Positions 19,312-27,601 of a stretch of DNA of 64,000 nucleotides are shown one piece after another. The stretch is taken from NCBI GenBank assembly GCA_036404515.1, contig DASWZK010000018.1:289-64288 (forward strand). The letters run 5' to 3'. The first letter of the stretch is position 1. Every line of letters begins with the position of its first letter. The position numbers and the translations under genes are program-made. A model generated the notes under the pieces. That model saw nothing but the letters and a program-made list of their open reading frames with translations. It was not told where the DNA came from and searched no databases. Origin of the DNA: Candidatus Limnocylindrales bacterium. GTDB taxonomy: Bacteria; Chloroflexota; Limnocylindria; Limnocylindrales; CSP1-4.

Positions 19312-19713
19312 TTATACGTGTCGCGTCGTTACCCGGAGTTGACGGATGGGTGTCCGAGTTGTGTCGCGCAGAGCAGCCAGCAGCTCGGGCGAGCGCAGCC
19401 GAATCTCCTGGGCCACGATCGGTTCGTCCGTCTCGATGGTCGCCACCCCTATGTTGAGATCGACGAGCCGGCATAACCCGATGGCTGCCGGCACGCGTTC
19501 CGCCACGACCTCCAACCAGGCCGAAGCCGCTCCCGCTTGCTCCAGCTGCTCTTCGAGCCCGAACTTCCTGGCCGTCTGCGGCAGCAGATCGGCCAGGCGC
19601 TCCATACCGCGGGCCTTCCCGTCGGGGTCGCGGGCGACTCGGCGGTGTGGGACGCGGTCGCCCGAACCGCCCTCCGAAGCCCGGCTGCCGACCCGCCGAG
19701 GCGGGCCGGTCAT
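19312..19713 (-). CDS. DUF721 (DciA-like) protein downstream of recF
   Basis: LADLLPQTARKFGLEEQLEQAGAASAWLEVV....A..C.LVDLNIGVATIETDEPIVAQEIRLRSPELLAAL fits the DUF721 pattern, and recF-DUF721 is the classical synteny. ATGA overlap with the recF stop. An internal ATG (MERLADLL) is an alternative start. Confidence 0.7.
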   Translation of the reverse strand: MTGPPRRVGSRASEGGSGDRVPHRRVARDPDGKARGMERLADLLPQTARKFGLEEQLEQAGAASAWLEVVAERVPAAIGLCRLVDLNIGVATIETDEPIVAQEIRLRSPELLAALRDTTRTPIRQLRVTTRHV

Positions 19714-20930
19714 GCCTTGTTCTCCACGACTCTGGCACCGTTGTCACCGTCCGGCACGACGCGCCACGACCGAGCTCGGCGACGCAGGTTGGGGTCGATA
19801 TCGTCGGGATCCGTGGCCGTGATCAGAGCCTGGGGCAGCTCGGCGATGCGCCGTACTAGGTGGGATCGGCGGGCCGGATCGAGCTCGCTGAAGACGTCGT
19901 CGAGGAGAAGCAGGGGCGGGCGGCCGTCGAGCGCCGACAGCAGATCGAGCTCCGCCAGCTTGAGGGCCAGGATGGCCGTGCGCTGCTGCCCGCGGGATGA
20001 GAAAGTGGCCATGTCGCGTTCGCCGAGGCAGAAGACCAGATCATCGCGGTGGGGCCCAACTAGCGTCGTGCCGTTCCAGGCCTCTTTCTCGGACGTCTCG
20101 CGTAACCGCCGCGTCAGGGCATCGTGCGGTGACTCACCGGGGAGCAGAGAGGCATTCGACGAGTAGCCGACTGTCAGCCGCCCCTCGGCCGGGGCGATCT
20201 CGCGATGGGCCGCAGCGAGTGGCTCCGCCAGCAATTCGAGGAGACGCAGCCGCGCGCCTACGATGGCGGACCCTGCGGTGAGAAACGGCTCGTCCCAGAG
20301 CCTGAGCTGGTCGTGCTCTGCCTCGCCCTCGCGAATCGCCCGAAGCAAGCTGTTGCGCTGCTGCAGTGCCCGACCGAATATGGCCGCGTTGGATGTGTAG
20401 CTTGGGTCGTGCGGCGCAGTCAAGCCGTCCAGAGCGGCCCGCCGCAACGCCGGCGGACCGACAATCAGCAGCATCTCCTCGGGCGCGAAGAGGACGGTCC
20501 GGAGGTGTTCTGACAGAGCCGCCGGCCGTCTGGGAACGCCGTTGACCTGGGTCTTCTTTCGACCGCCCGCCTGGAGCGTCAGCTCGAGGGTGGTGCCCGG
20601 CGGCATAGCCCCGGAAGCGGCGCCGGTCGCGCCCCCGCCGGTCCCTTCCATGCCCCAGGAAGCGGCCGATCCCTCGACTCGCGCCATCACGCCTTCGATT
20701 CGGAGGAAGCTGGCTCCCCAGCGGATCAACTCGAAATCGGCTGCCGTCCGGTGGGAACGTCCCAGCGCGAGCAGAACGATGGCTTCGAGCAGAGTCGTCT
20801 TCCCGGCAGCGTTGGGTCCCCAAACGAGCTGCGGTCCAGCCCCGAGCTCGATATCCAGGGCCGCATATCCGCGGAGATTCCGGATAGCCAGAGAACGAAG
20901 GAGTGTCGCCGGTCTCACGTGAGACCCCAA
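19710..20930 (-). CDS. recF: DNA replication and repair protein RecF
   Basis: LAIRNLRGY, Walker A GPNAAGKTTLLEAI and the signature-like LSRGQQRT..LALKLAEL...LLLDDV. Lies downstream of dnaN. The listed start is TTG. GTG 20918 is an alternative. Confidence 0.9.
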   Translation of the reverse strand: MGSHVRPATLLRSLAIRNLRGYAALDIELGAGPQLVWGPNAAGKTTLLEAIVLLALGRSHRTAADFELIRWGASFLRIEGVMARVEGSAASWGMEGTGGGATGAASGAMPPGTTLELTLQAGGRKKTQVNGVPRRPAALSEHLRTVLFAPEEMLLIVGPPALRRAALDGLTAPHDPSYTSNAAIFGRALQQRNSLLRAIREGEAEHDQLRLWDEPFLTAGSAIVGARLRLLELLAEPLAAAHREIAPAEGRLTVGYSSNASLLPGESPHDALTRRLRETSEKEAWNGTTLVGPHRDDLVFCLGERDMATFSSRGQQRTAILALKLAELDLLSALDGRPPLLLLDDVFSELDPARRSHLVRRIAELPQALITATDPDDIDPNLRRRARSWRVVPDGDNGARVVENKA

Positions 20931-20958
20931 AGCGCCTGCGTTGGAGATCTGCGACTCC

Positions 20959-22080
20959 CTAGGAGGTCGTCTTGACGGGCATGATGACGTGGACGTACTG
21001 GTCGTCGCCGATCGGCCGGAAGACGCCTGGCGAAAGAGGTCCGTTCAGCTCGATCGAGAACTGATCGCTGTCAACTTTGCCCAGTACATCGAGAAGATAC
21101 CGAGCGTTGAAAGCAATAGTGGTGCCGTCTCCGTCGACTGCCGCCTCGACGCCGCTTTTGTTGTCGCCGACGTCGGCCGCAGCGCTGACGGTCAATCCGA
21201 TCTCGGCGTCTTTGCCGATTTGGAGCTTGACGATGTTGGCCGTCGTGGAGCCTGAGATGAGGCTCGCAAGGTGGACGGCCGCGAGCAGCTGGTCACGGTC
21301 AACGGTCGCTTTCGTCGTGAAGCTCTTCGGCAGCACTTGCTGGTAGTTTGGAAACTGGCCGTCGATCAGCCGGCTGACCAGGTCTACGCCCTCGAGGTGG
21401 AAAAGGATCTGATTGCGGCCCGCCGAGAGGACGATATCGACGGGGTCTTCTGTGTCGGACAGGATGCCCTTGAGCTCGTGGAGCGACCGGGCGGGAACCA
21501 CGACGCTCGTCTCCTCGACTGGGTCCAGCACGGCCAGCGTCTTCACTGCGATGCGGTAGTTGTCGGCCGCAGCAAGAGTCAACTTGTCGCCTTCGAATCT
21601 GGCTAGAACGCCGGTCAGGATGGGCCGCTCCTCGGCCGTAGCCGCGGCGAAGGTCACCTCTTCTAGAGCCTGGCGCAGAACGTTCTGGGAGACCCGCGTC
21701 GTCGGTCTCTCTCCCGAAGTCGGGATGGCCGGAAACTCCTCCGCATCGATGCCTTTGACCCGAGTCTCAAACCGACCAGCCTGAATACGGAGAGTCTCCT
21801 GTGCTTGAAGCTCGAGGTCGACACGCTCGTTGGCCGGCAGACCGGTGACAATTTCTGCCAGCAGGCGCGCAGGAACGGTAACCGAGCCACCCGTGTCGAT
21901 CTTGCCCGGCACCCAGTACGTCATTCCGATCTCAAGGTTGGTAGCAGTTAGCTTGAGACCGCCATCCTCAGTGCGAAGAAGAACATTATTCAGGACGGGC
22001 AGCGTACTTCGGGTGGAGACAGCGTGACTGACGACCTGGAGACCACGGGCCAGGTTCTCCTGCATGACCGAGAGTTTCAC
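20959..22080 (-). CDS. dnaN: DNA polymerase III beta sliding clamp
   Basis: 373 aa with three-domain clamp motifs (LPVLNNVLL, LKLTATNLEIG, FNARYLLDVL, PVKTT). Lies immediately downstream of dnaA. Confidence 0.95.
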   Translation of the reverse strand: MKLSVMQENLARGLQVVSHAVSTRSTLPVLNNVLLRTEDGGLKLTATNLEIGMTYWVPGKIDTGGSVTVPARLLAEIVTGLPANERVDLELQAQETLRIQAGRFETRVKGIDAEEFPAIPTSGERPTTRVSQNVLRQALEEVTFAAATAEERPILTGVLARFEGDKLTLAAADNYRIAVKTLAVLDPVEETSVVVPARSLHELKGILSDTEDPVDIVLSAGRNQILFHLEGVDLVSRLIDGQFPNYQQVLPKSFTTKATVDRDQLLAAVHLASLISGSTTANIVKLQIGKDAEIGLTVSAAADVGDNKSGVEAAVDGDGTTIAFNARYLLDVLGKVDSDQFSIELNGPLSPGVFRPIGDDQYVHVIMPVKTTS

Positions 22081-22568
22081 GTCGGGTTCACTCCCCTGGG
22101 GGCGGACAAAGGCGGGCGGCTATGGGGAAAGATGGGAGCCGGAGTTCTCCTATTACTGGTGGATTGTCTATCTATCTTCTCATCTCGTCATCACCGTAAT
22201 AATGGTGTGGAGAGTGTGAGTTCGCTGCGCGGCCACGCTTGACTGGACGGTGGAAGACGGGGGCTAGATCGTGAACGAGCGCAGCAGTTCTGGGGATTGG
22301 CTGGCCACTCGACTGTGCAAAACAGCGCCTGGCATGCTCCTGGGCTCTCTGGAAACACACCCGCCTCCACGAAAGAACGGTCTGAATGGGCTGACATCAT
22401 CCACAGTGCACCCCGGTTCTCCACGAATATGGGCCGGTTATCCACGTCCGCGCCAGAATCAGCCTTGATCGTCCCGGGACGATCGCTCGTCTTTCAAGAC
22501 TTCTGGACGTCCGAGGGCGAAAGAGCACGGGATGCAATGACAGTATGGGCCACCCGAGCGCCGGGTCC
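22081..22568. other. candidate oriC (DnaA-box array plus AT-rich unwinding element) in the dnaA-dnaN spacer
   Basis: Three co-oriented boxes about 20-21 bp apart: TCATCCACA (22397-22405), TTCTCCACG (22417-22425) and TTATCCACG (22438-22446). These match TTATCCACA at 8/9, 7/9 and 8/9. Reverse-oriented weaker boxes are GGTGGATTG (22158-22166) and TGTGGAGAG (22206-22214). The stretch ~22146-22205 is conspicuously AT-rich in an otherwise GC-rich window. Confidence 0.6.
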
Positions 22569-23945
22569 TCAGTCGGCGTAGATCAGTTCGCGGACCGCTG
22601 CCAGCTCTCGCCTGAGCTCGTCGTTGATGCCGAGCTCACGGTTGATCTTGTCACAGGCATGAAGCACTGTTGAGTGATCCCGACCGCCAAGCTCGGCTCC
22701 GATGCGTAGCAGCGACACGTCCGTCTCCTCGCGCATCAGGAACATCGCGATCTGGCGCGGCACGACAATCGCCTTGTCGCGCTTCTGTCCTTTGAGTGCA
22801 TCGATCTGGACGCCGTAGTAGTCGGCCACGGCGCGGGCGATGCGCTCGGGTGTGACCAGCCGCTTTTTCGGGTTGTAGAGGACGTTCGACAGGACCGCCT
22901 GAGCCAGCTCGATCGAGATCGGCATCGCGCCCATGCTGGCGTAGGCGACGACTCGATTGAGGGCGCCTTCGAGCTCCCGAATGTTGCTGACGACCTTGCG
23001 AGCGATGAACTCCAGGACGTCGGAGCCGACCGGGACGGCCTGTTCTTCCGCTTTGGCCCGGAGGATGGCGATACGGGTCTCAAGGTCGGGCGCGGTCAGG
23101 TCCGCGATGAGGCCCCACTCGAACCGACTGCGAAGGCGCTCCTCGAGTGTGAGAATCGCCTTGGGCGGTCGATCGGAAGACAGCACGATCTGCTTGCCGT
23201 CTTCATGGATCGCGTTGAATGTGTGGAAGAACTCCTCCTGGGTGCGTTCCTTGTCCGCAATGAACTGGATGTCGTCGATGAGGAGCAGGTCAATACGGCG
23301 ATACCGGGCCCGGAAGTCGTCGATCTTGCCCTGCTGGATGCTGGTGATGAACTCGTTGGTGAACTTCTCACTGGTGGCGTAGACGACCCGCTTGCGGGGA
23401 AAACGGGCGATAACGGCGTTGCCAACCGCATGCATCAGATGGGTCTTGCCAAGGCCGACCCCGCCGTACAGGAAGAGAGGGTTGTAGGCGTGACCCGGCC
23501 TCTCAGCCACTGACAGGCTGGCAGCATGGGCCAGGCGATTGGCCGAGCCCACGATGAAGTTGGCGAATGTGTAGCGGGGATTTAGGTTCGTCGACGCGCC
23601 TTCGGAGGCGCCGACTCGTGTCGGCTCGACCCGGACCGGCTGCGATCCCGCTGGTGCTGCCGTCCCGGCCGAGGCGCCGTTGGCGCCGCTCGACTCACCA
23701 GCCGGCCGAACGATGAACTCGACCTGGACGCTGTAGCCCACGATCCGGGCAAGCGTCTGCGAGATCAGGGACCGGTAACGGGTCTCCAACCAATCCTTGG
23801 CGAAACCATTGGGCACCGCGATTTTGAACCGGTTGTCGTCGACGTCGACGAGAACGGTGTCACGCAGCCAGGTTTCGAAATTGGCCGGAGACAAGGAGAC
23901 CTGGAGCTCTCCCAGTGCCGCGCGCCAGACTTGCTTCGCGTCCAT
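22569..23945 (-). CDS. dnaA: chromosomal replication initiator DnaA
   Basis: Walker A GGVGLGKTHLMHA, LLIDDIQF, sensor motifs, and the C-terminal DNA-binding block R.IA.PRQIAMFL.RE.T..SL..IG..LGGRDHSTVLHA. Confidence 0.97.
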   Translation of the reverse strand: MDAKQVWRAALGELQVSLSPANFETWLRDTVLVDVDDNRFKIAVPNGFAKDWLETRYRSLISQTLARIVGYSVQVEFIVRPAGESSGANGASAGTAAPAGSQPVRVEPTRVGASEGASTNLNPRYTFANFIVGSANRLAHAASLSVAERPGHAYNPLFLYGGVGLGKTHLMHAVGNAVIARFPRKRVVYATSEKFTNEFITSIQQGKIDDFRARYRRIDLLLIDDIQFIADKERTQEEFFHTFNAIHEDGKQIVLSSDRPPKAILTLEERLRSRFEWGLIADLTAPDLETRIAILRAKAEEQAVPVGSDVLEFIARKVVSNIRELEGALNRVVAYASMGAMPISIELAQAVLSNVLYNPKKRLVTPERIARAVADYYGVQIDALKGQKRDKAIVVPRQIAMFLMREETDVSLLRIGAELGGRDHSTVLHACDKINRELGINDELRRELAAVRELIYAD

Positions 23946-24184
23946 CGAGGCAGGCTCAGTCCTGAAGAAGGCTGGAGGTGGATGGCCAGATTCGTGACGA
24001 CCACCTGGTCAAATATCGCCTTTGTGGCGCCGCGAGCCTCCAACCGTCTAGGCTCTCCTCCGGAGCCGGCTGGCGGTTCTCACGGTTCATCTGGGCCGAT
24101 GCCCAGGGTTGTCTGGCGCCGCGGGCCGACGAAGAATAGCACCGGCCAAGCGGGCGGGGCAAGGCTCTGAACCGGACCAATCGT

Positions 24185-24203
24185 GATACTCCCAGGGAGT
24201 ATC
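24185..24203. promoter_or_regulatory. perfect 19-bp palindrome in the dnaA-rpmH divergent spacer (candidate operator)
   Basis: GATACTCCC-A-GGGAGTATC: 9-bp arms around a single central base, read directly from the sequence. Confidence 0.3.
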
Positions 24204-24256
24204 ATTCAGATGCTTCCTGTGCCGAGCGAGGCCAGCCTCTCGGTGTCCTTGTCCGT

Positions 24257-24286
24257 TTGACACTTCGAGTTCCAGCTACATATAAT
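24257..24286 (+). promoter_or_regulatory. near-consensus sigma70-type promoter for rpmH
   Basis: TTGACA (24257-24262), an 18-nt spacer, then TATAAT (24281-24286). This is about 100 nt upstream of the rpmH ATG. Both hexamers are perfect, which is unlikely by chance in GC-rich DNA. Confidence 0.5.
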
Positions 24287-24388
24287 CCGCCGGCAGACGC
24301 GCCAAAGCGCTTTCGTGCGCCCGGCGCGTTCGCGTGCCTTTCGGGGTATCCTGGCCCCGAGGCCGAATGGAGAGCCACACACCTTTCG

Positions 24389-24523
24389 ATGAAGCAGACC
24401 TTCCAGCCCAAGAAGCGGCATCGCAGCAAGGAACACGGCTTCCGCGCCCGGATGAAGACCACTGGGGGACGCCGGGTGCTGGCGGCCCGCCGCGCTCACG
24501 GTCGCAAGAAGCTCACGGTCTGA
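24389..24523 (+). CDS. rpmH: 50S ribosomal protein L34
   Basis: [44 protein letters not shown] is canonical L34. The longer listed ORF was trimmed to the conserved MK.TFQP start. Confidence 0.95.
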   Translation: MKQTFQPKKRHRSKEHGFRARMKTTGGRRVLAARRAHGRKKLTV

Positions 24524-24558
24524 CGACGGACCGCGGCCACAACTCGCCGCGGCTGGTG

Positions 24559-24894
24559 ATGCTCTCTAAGCCGAAGGACTTCGCGGCGCTACAGGGAGAG
24601 GGAACCGTCAGGTCTCATTCCCTGTTGGTGGTTCGAATCCGAAGGACCGGCCTCGAGGAGACGCGCTTCGGCCTATCCACGGGGCGCAAGCTCGGCGGAG
24701 CAGTGGTGCGGACTAGGGTGCGCAGGAGACTCCGTGAGGCACTCAGGGTGATGGCGCCCTCGTTCCAGCCCGGCTGGGACGTCCTGATCATCGCCCGACC
24801 GCCTATCGTCGGTGCGGACTTCCAGACGGTGGCAGGCGTGCTGCAAGACCTTCTGCGCCGAGGAGGAGTAATCGGAAGGCGGACCGTCACGTGA
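24559..24894 (+). CDS. rnpA: ribonuclease P protein component
   Basis: L.KPKDF......G..V.S..LLVV..R......[26 protein letters not shown] (the RNR motif region). Lies between rpmH and yidD. The start is approximate (ATG 24559 or GTG 24556). Confidence 0.85.
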   Translation: MLSKPKDFAALQGEGTVRSHSLLVVRIRRTGLEETRFGLSTGRKLGGAVVRTRVRRRLREALRVMAPSFQPGWDVLIIARPPIVGADFQTVAGVLQDLLRRGGVIGRRTVT

Positions 24895-25097
24895 AGACGG
24901 TCGGTATCGGGCTGATCAGGCTCTATCGCCGGCTGTTCGCCTGGCGCCCGTCGGTCTGTCGGTACGAGCCCACCTGTTCGGTCTACACCGAGCAGGCCAT
25001 CGCAAAGTACGGTCTGCTTCGAGGGAGCTGGATGGGAATGCGTCGAATCGCTCGCTGCCACCCGTGGAGTCGCGGTGGCTACGACCCAGTTCGCTAA
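24891..25097 (+). CDS. yidD: membrane protein insertion efficiency factor YidD
   Basis: [58 protein letters not shown] is the YidD signature. GTGA overlap with rnpA. Confidence 0.9.
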   Translation: MKTVGIGLIRLYRRLFAWRPSVCRYEPTCSVYTEQAIAKYGLLRGSWMGMRRIARCHPWSRGGYDPVR

Positions 25098-26373
25098 AGT
25101 GGTCTCTCTCGGGCGGAAGCCCTCGACGTTGACCCGGGCTCGCACTCGCTGGGCCGCTTTCGGGTTGCTCATCGCACTCTTCGCGCTTGCTGTGGTGGCG
25201 TGCGGCACGGCCAACGCCGCCAATCCCACCGTTGGCCCGCAGGTCGCCGCCGCGGCCTCGGCTTCGGACCCTGCCGCGACGCTGGCATTCGGGTCCCCTG
25301 CCACGTCGCCCTCGCCAAGCCCCACCCCACCGCCCGCGCCGCTTGCGATCGCCAGCCCGGGTGCGGATCCCACCGCTCTGCTTGGTTGGCTCTTCACGCC
25401 GATCTTCCAGGGGTTGTTTCTGCTGCTGACCGGGCTCTACGCCCTGACCGGCAACATCATCATCGCCATCGTGCTGATGACGCTGCTGATCCGGCTCGTC
25501 ACCATCCGCCTCTCGGCCCGTCAGATCATGTCGCAGAAGAGGATGCAGATCCTGGCACCTGAGCTTCGGGAGCTGACCAAGGAGCTCAATCGCCGCTACA
25601 AGGGCGACCGCCTGACCATCCAGAAGGCGACGCAGGAGTTTTACAAGGAGCGTGGTGTCAGCCCCACCGCCGGATGCTTGCCGTCTTTGCTCCAGATGGG
25701 CCTGCTCTTCCCGATGTACTGGGTCATTCGAGACGGCCTTACGAACTGGGACCCGAGCGCCATGCTGCGCGTTTTCGGTGTCGACCTTGTTCCGTCGATC
25801 CAGTGCCCCAACCCGGCCCACATAGTCGATGGCGTCGTCGACAAGGCTCTCCCCTGCATCAACACCGTCGTTTTCGGGATCAACGTCGGGCAGCCGCAGG
25901 TGCTCTTCAACGTGCCGCTGGTCGTCTTCACCCTCGGCGTGAGCGCACTCGCCGTTGCGGCCGGGCTCTTGCAGTTCGTGCAAAGCCGAATGCTGATGCC
26001 GCCGGCTGGCGAGAACGACCCGACGGCCAGCACGCAGCGCACCATGATGGTCATCTTCCCGTTCTTCTCGATCCTGTACGGCGGCTTCCTTCCTGCCGGG
26101 CTCTTCGTCTACTGGATCACGACCTCGGTGTTCTCGATCGTTCAGCAGTTCCTGATTGTCGGGTGGGGCTCGATCTTCCCGCTGTTCGGCTGGCACCCGG
26201 GCTTCGCCCAAAACCACGTTCCTAAGTTCCAGGTCACCCTGCCCGAGACGGTGAACACAGGTAAGTCACTGGCGGCTACCCGGCACAAGCCGGAGGAGCG
26301 GTGGGCATCGGCGGCCTCAACGGTGCGGCCCAACGCGCACAGGCGCCCAAGCCGACGAGGGAGACGACGCTGA
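25075..26373 (+). CDS. yidC: membrane protein insertase YidC (lipoprotein-type, Gram-positive-like)
   Basis: Lipobox-like ALAVVAC after an N-terminal basic/hydrophobic signal. The YidC/Oxa1 core is present ([70 protein letters not shown]). The start is either GTG 25075 or GTG 25099. Confidence 0.85.
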   Translation: MATTQFAKVVSLGRKPSTLTRARTRWAAFGLLIALFALAVVACGTANAANPTVGPQVAAAASASDPAATLAFGSPATSPSPSPTPPPAPLAIASPGADPTALLGWLFTPIFQGLFLLLTGLYALTGNIIIAIVLMTLLIRLVTIRLSARQIMSQKRMQILAPELRELTKELNRRYKGDRLTIQKATQEFYKERGVSPTAGCLPSLLQMGLLFPMYWVIRDGLTNWDPSAMLRVFGVDLVPSIQCPNPAHIVDGVVDKALPCINTVVFGINVGQPQVLFNVPLVVFTLGVSALAVAAGLLQFVQSRMLMPPAGENDPTASTQRTMMVIFPFFSILYGGFLPAGLFVYWITTSVFSIVQQFLIVGWGSIFPLFGWHPGFAQNHVPKFQVTLPETVNTGKSLAATRHKPEERWASAASTVRPNAHRRPSRRGRRR

Positions 26374-26374
26374 C

Positions 26375-27367
26375 ATGACAGCTTTTCGCGACGCTTACCG
26401 TGAGTTCACCGGCAAGACGGTTGAGGAGGCTCTTCGCGGCGCCCGAGACGAATTCGGGGTCGGCCTCGACGAGCTCGATTTCGAAATCCTGACCCCGGGT
26501 AGCCGGGGTGTTCTGGGTATGGGTGCCGAGCCCGCTCGTGTGCTGGCGGCCCCCCGCTCGGCACTCGGTGGCTCTGCACCAAAGAGAGAGGCTGCGGCCC
26601 AGGTCCCGCTTGCGGTTCCCTCCCACGACCGGGAGGACCGTCCCCGCCCAGGTGGCGACCGATTTGACCGCGGCCGGCCCGAACGCAGCCCACGCCCCGG
26701 CGGCGACCGCGGCCCCCGCCCAGGTGGCGACCGATTTGACCGCGGCCCGCGCCCCGGCGGCGACCGCGGCCGGCCCGAACGCAGCCCGCGCCCCGAAGGC
26801 GGGCCTCGCCCCCAGGCCGGTTTGACGGCCCAGGAGCTCGCCGAGGTCGCAGCCGCCCGCGGTAACCCGCACGCTGAGCGCCCGGAGTCGGCGAACGTGA
26901 CGCCCGAGGCCATGGCCGCTGCCAAGGAGATCCTCGAGCAGATCATGAGCCAGCTCGAGTTCAACGTTCGCGTCGAGATCAAGGCGGGCGAAACGAACCG
27001 GCTGAACGTCGTCGGCGAGGGTGATGAGAAGGAAGCTCTTGGCGCACTGATCGGGCGCAAAGGCGAACGGCTCTCCGCTCTGCAGCATCTCGTCAACCTG
27101 CTGCTGTCCAAGCGCGTCGGCGAATGGACGCGGATCCTAGTGGACGTCGAGGACTACCGCGGCCGCCGCGAGAGTCAGCTCCGCGATCTGGCCAACCGCG
27201 CGGCGGAGCGCGTCATCGAGACTGGAAAGATGCTTCAGCTTGAGCCGATGCCTGCCCTCGAGCGCCGATGGATTCATCTCGCGCTGCGCGATCACGAGCG
27301 GGTCGCAACGCAATCTATCGGCGAGGAGCCGAACCGGCGCGTGGTCGTGCTCCCCCGCGAGATCTGA
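26375..27367 (+). CDS. jag: RNA-binding protein Jag/KhpB (Jag_N, KH and R3H domains) with a repetitive R/G/P/D linker
   Basis: Jag_N start (F.GKTVEEALRGARDEFGV..DELDFEIL), KH (IGRKGERLSALQHLVN) and R3H (EPMPALERRWIHLAL..H..V.TQSIGEEPNRRVVV). Lies downstream of yidC. Confidence 0.85.
   Translation: MTAFRDAYREFTGKTVEEALRGARDEFGVGLDELDFEILTPGSRGVLGMGAEPARVLAAPRSALGGSAPKREAAAQVPLAVPSHDREDRPRPGGDRFDRGRPERSPRPGGDRGPRPGGDRFDRGPRPGGDRGRPERSPRPEGGPRPQAGLTAQELAEVAAARGNPHAERPESANVTPEAMAAAKEILEQIMSQLEFNVRVEIKAGETNRLNVVGEGDEKEALGALIGRKGERLSALQHLVNLLLSKRVGEWTRILVDVEDYRGRRESQLRDLANRAAERVIETGKMLQLEPMPALERRWIHLALRDHERVATQSIGEEPNRRVVVLPREI
26642..26798 (+). repeat. in-frame shuffled tandem repeats within the jag linker
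   Basis: The DNA modules CCCGCCCAGGTGGCGACCGATTTGACCGCGGCC (x2), GGCCGGCCCGAACGCAGCCC(A/G)CGCCCCG (x2) and CGCCCCGGCGGCGACCGCGGCC (x2) encode PRPGGDRFDRG, RPERSPRP and PRPGGDRG units. Confidence 0.8.
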
Positions 27368-27601
27368 GATACAAAACTCGTCAGATGGGCGGCTCCCAGA
27401 TCGCCGGAGGCCATGTTTGTCGCGGACGCCGCTTCGAGAGATGAGAAATTGACCATTGTGCTCAACGATTCGTGCAGACGGCGTAACGTGGAGTCGAGAC
27501 GAGGCGTCTTTCGGCGGGATCAGTAGCCCCGGTTCATTTGCCCATGCCGTCAGTCGCCGTGGCGCCGAGTTGCCGACCGGTGTGGTAGTCAAGGGAAAGA
27601 A

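Noticed and set aside
22074-22090. GTTTCACGT half-site at the dnaN start as a parS.
   Set aside because: Only one half of the palindrome matches, and it overlaps the dnaN start codon.
24334-24558. Long N-terminal extension of rnpA that overlaps rpmH in another frame.
   Set aside because: The conserved RNase P protein begins near LSKPKDF. The extension is low complexity and would overlap the whole L34 gene.
24630-24640. GGTTCGAATCC, a tRNA T-loop-like string.
   Set aside because: It lies inside rnpA coding sequence (VVRIRRT). The flanks cannot form a T-stem or an acceptor stem.
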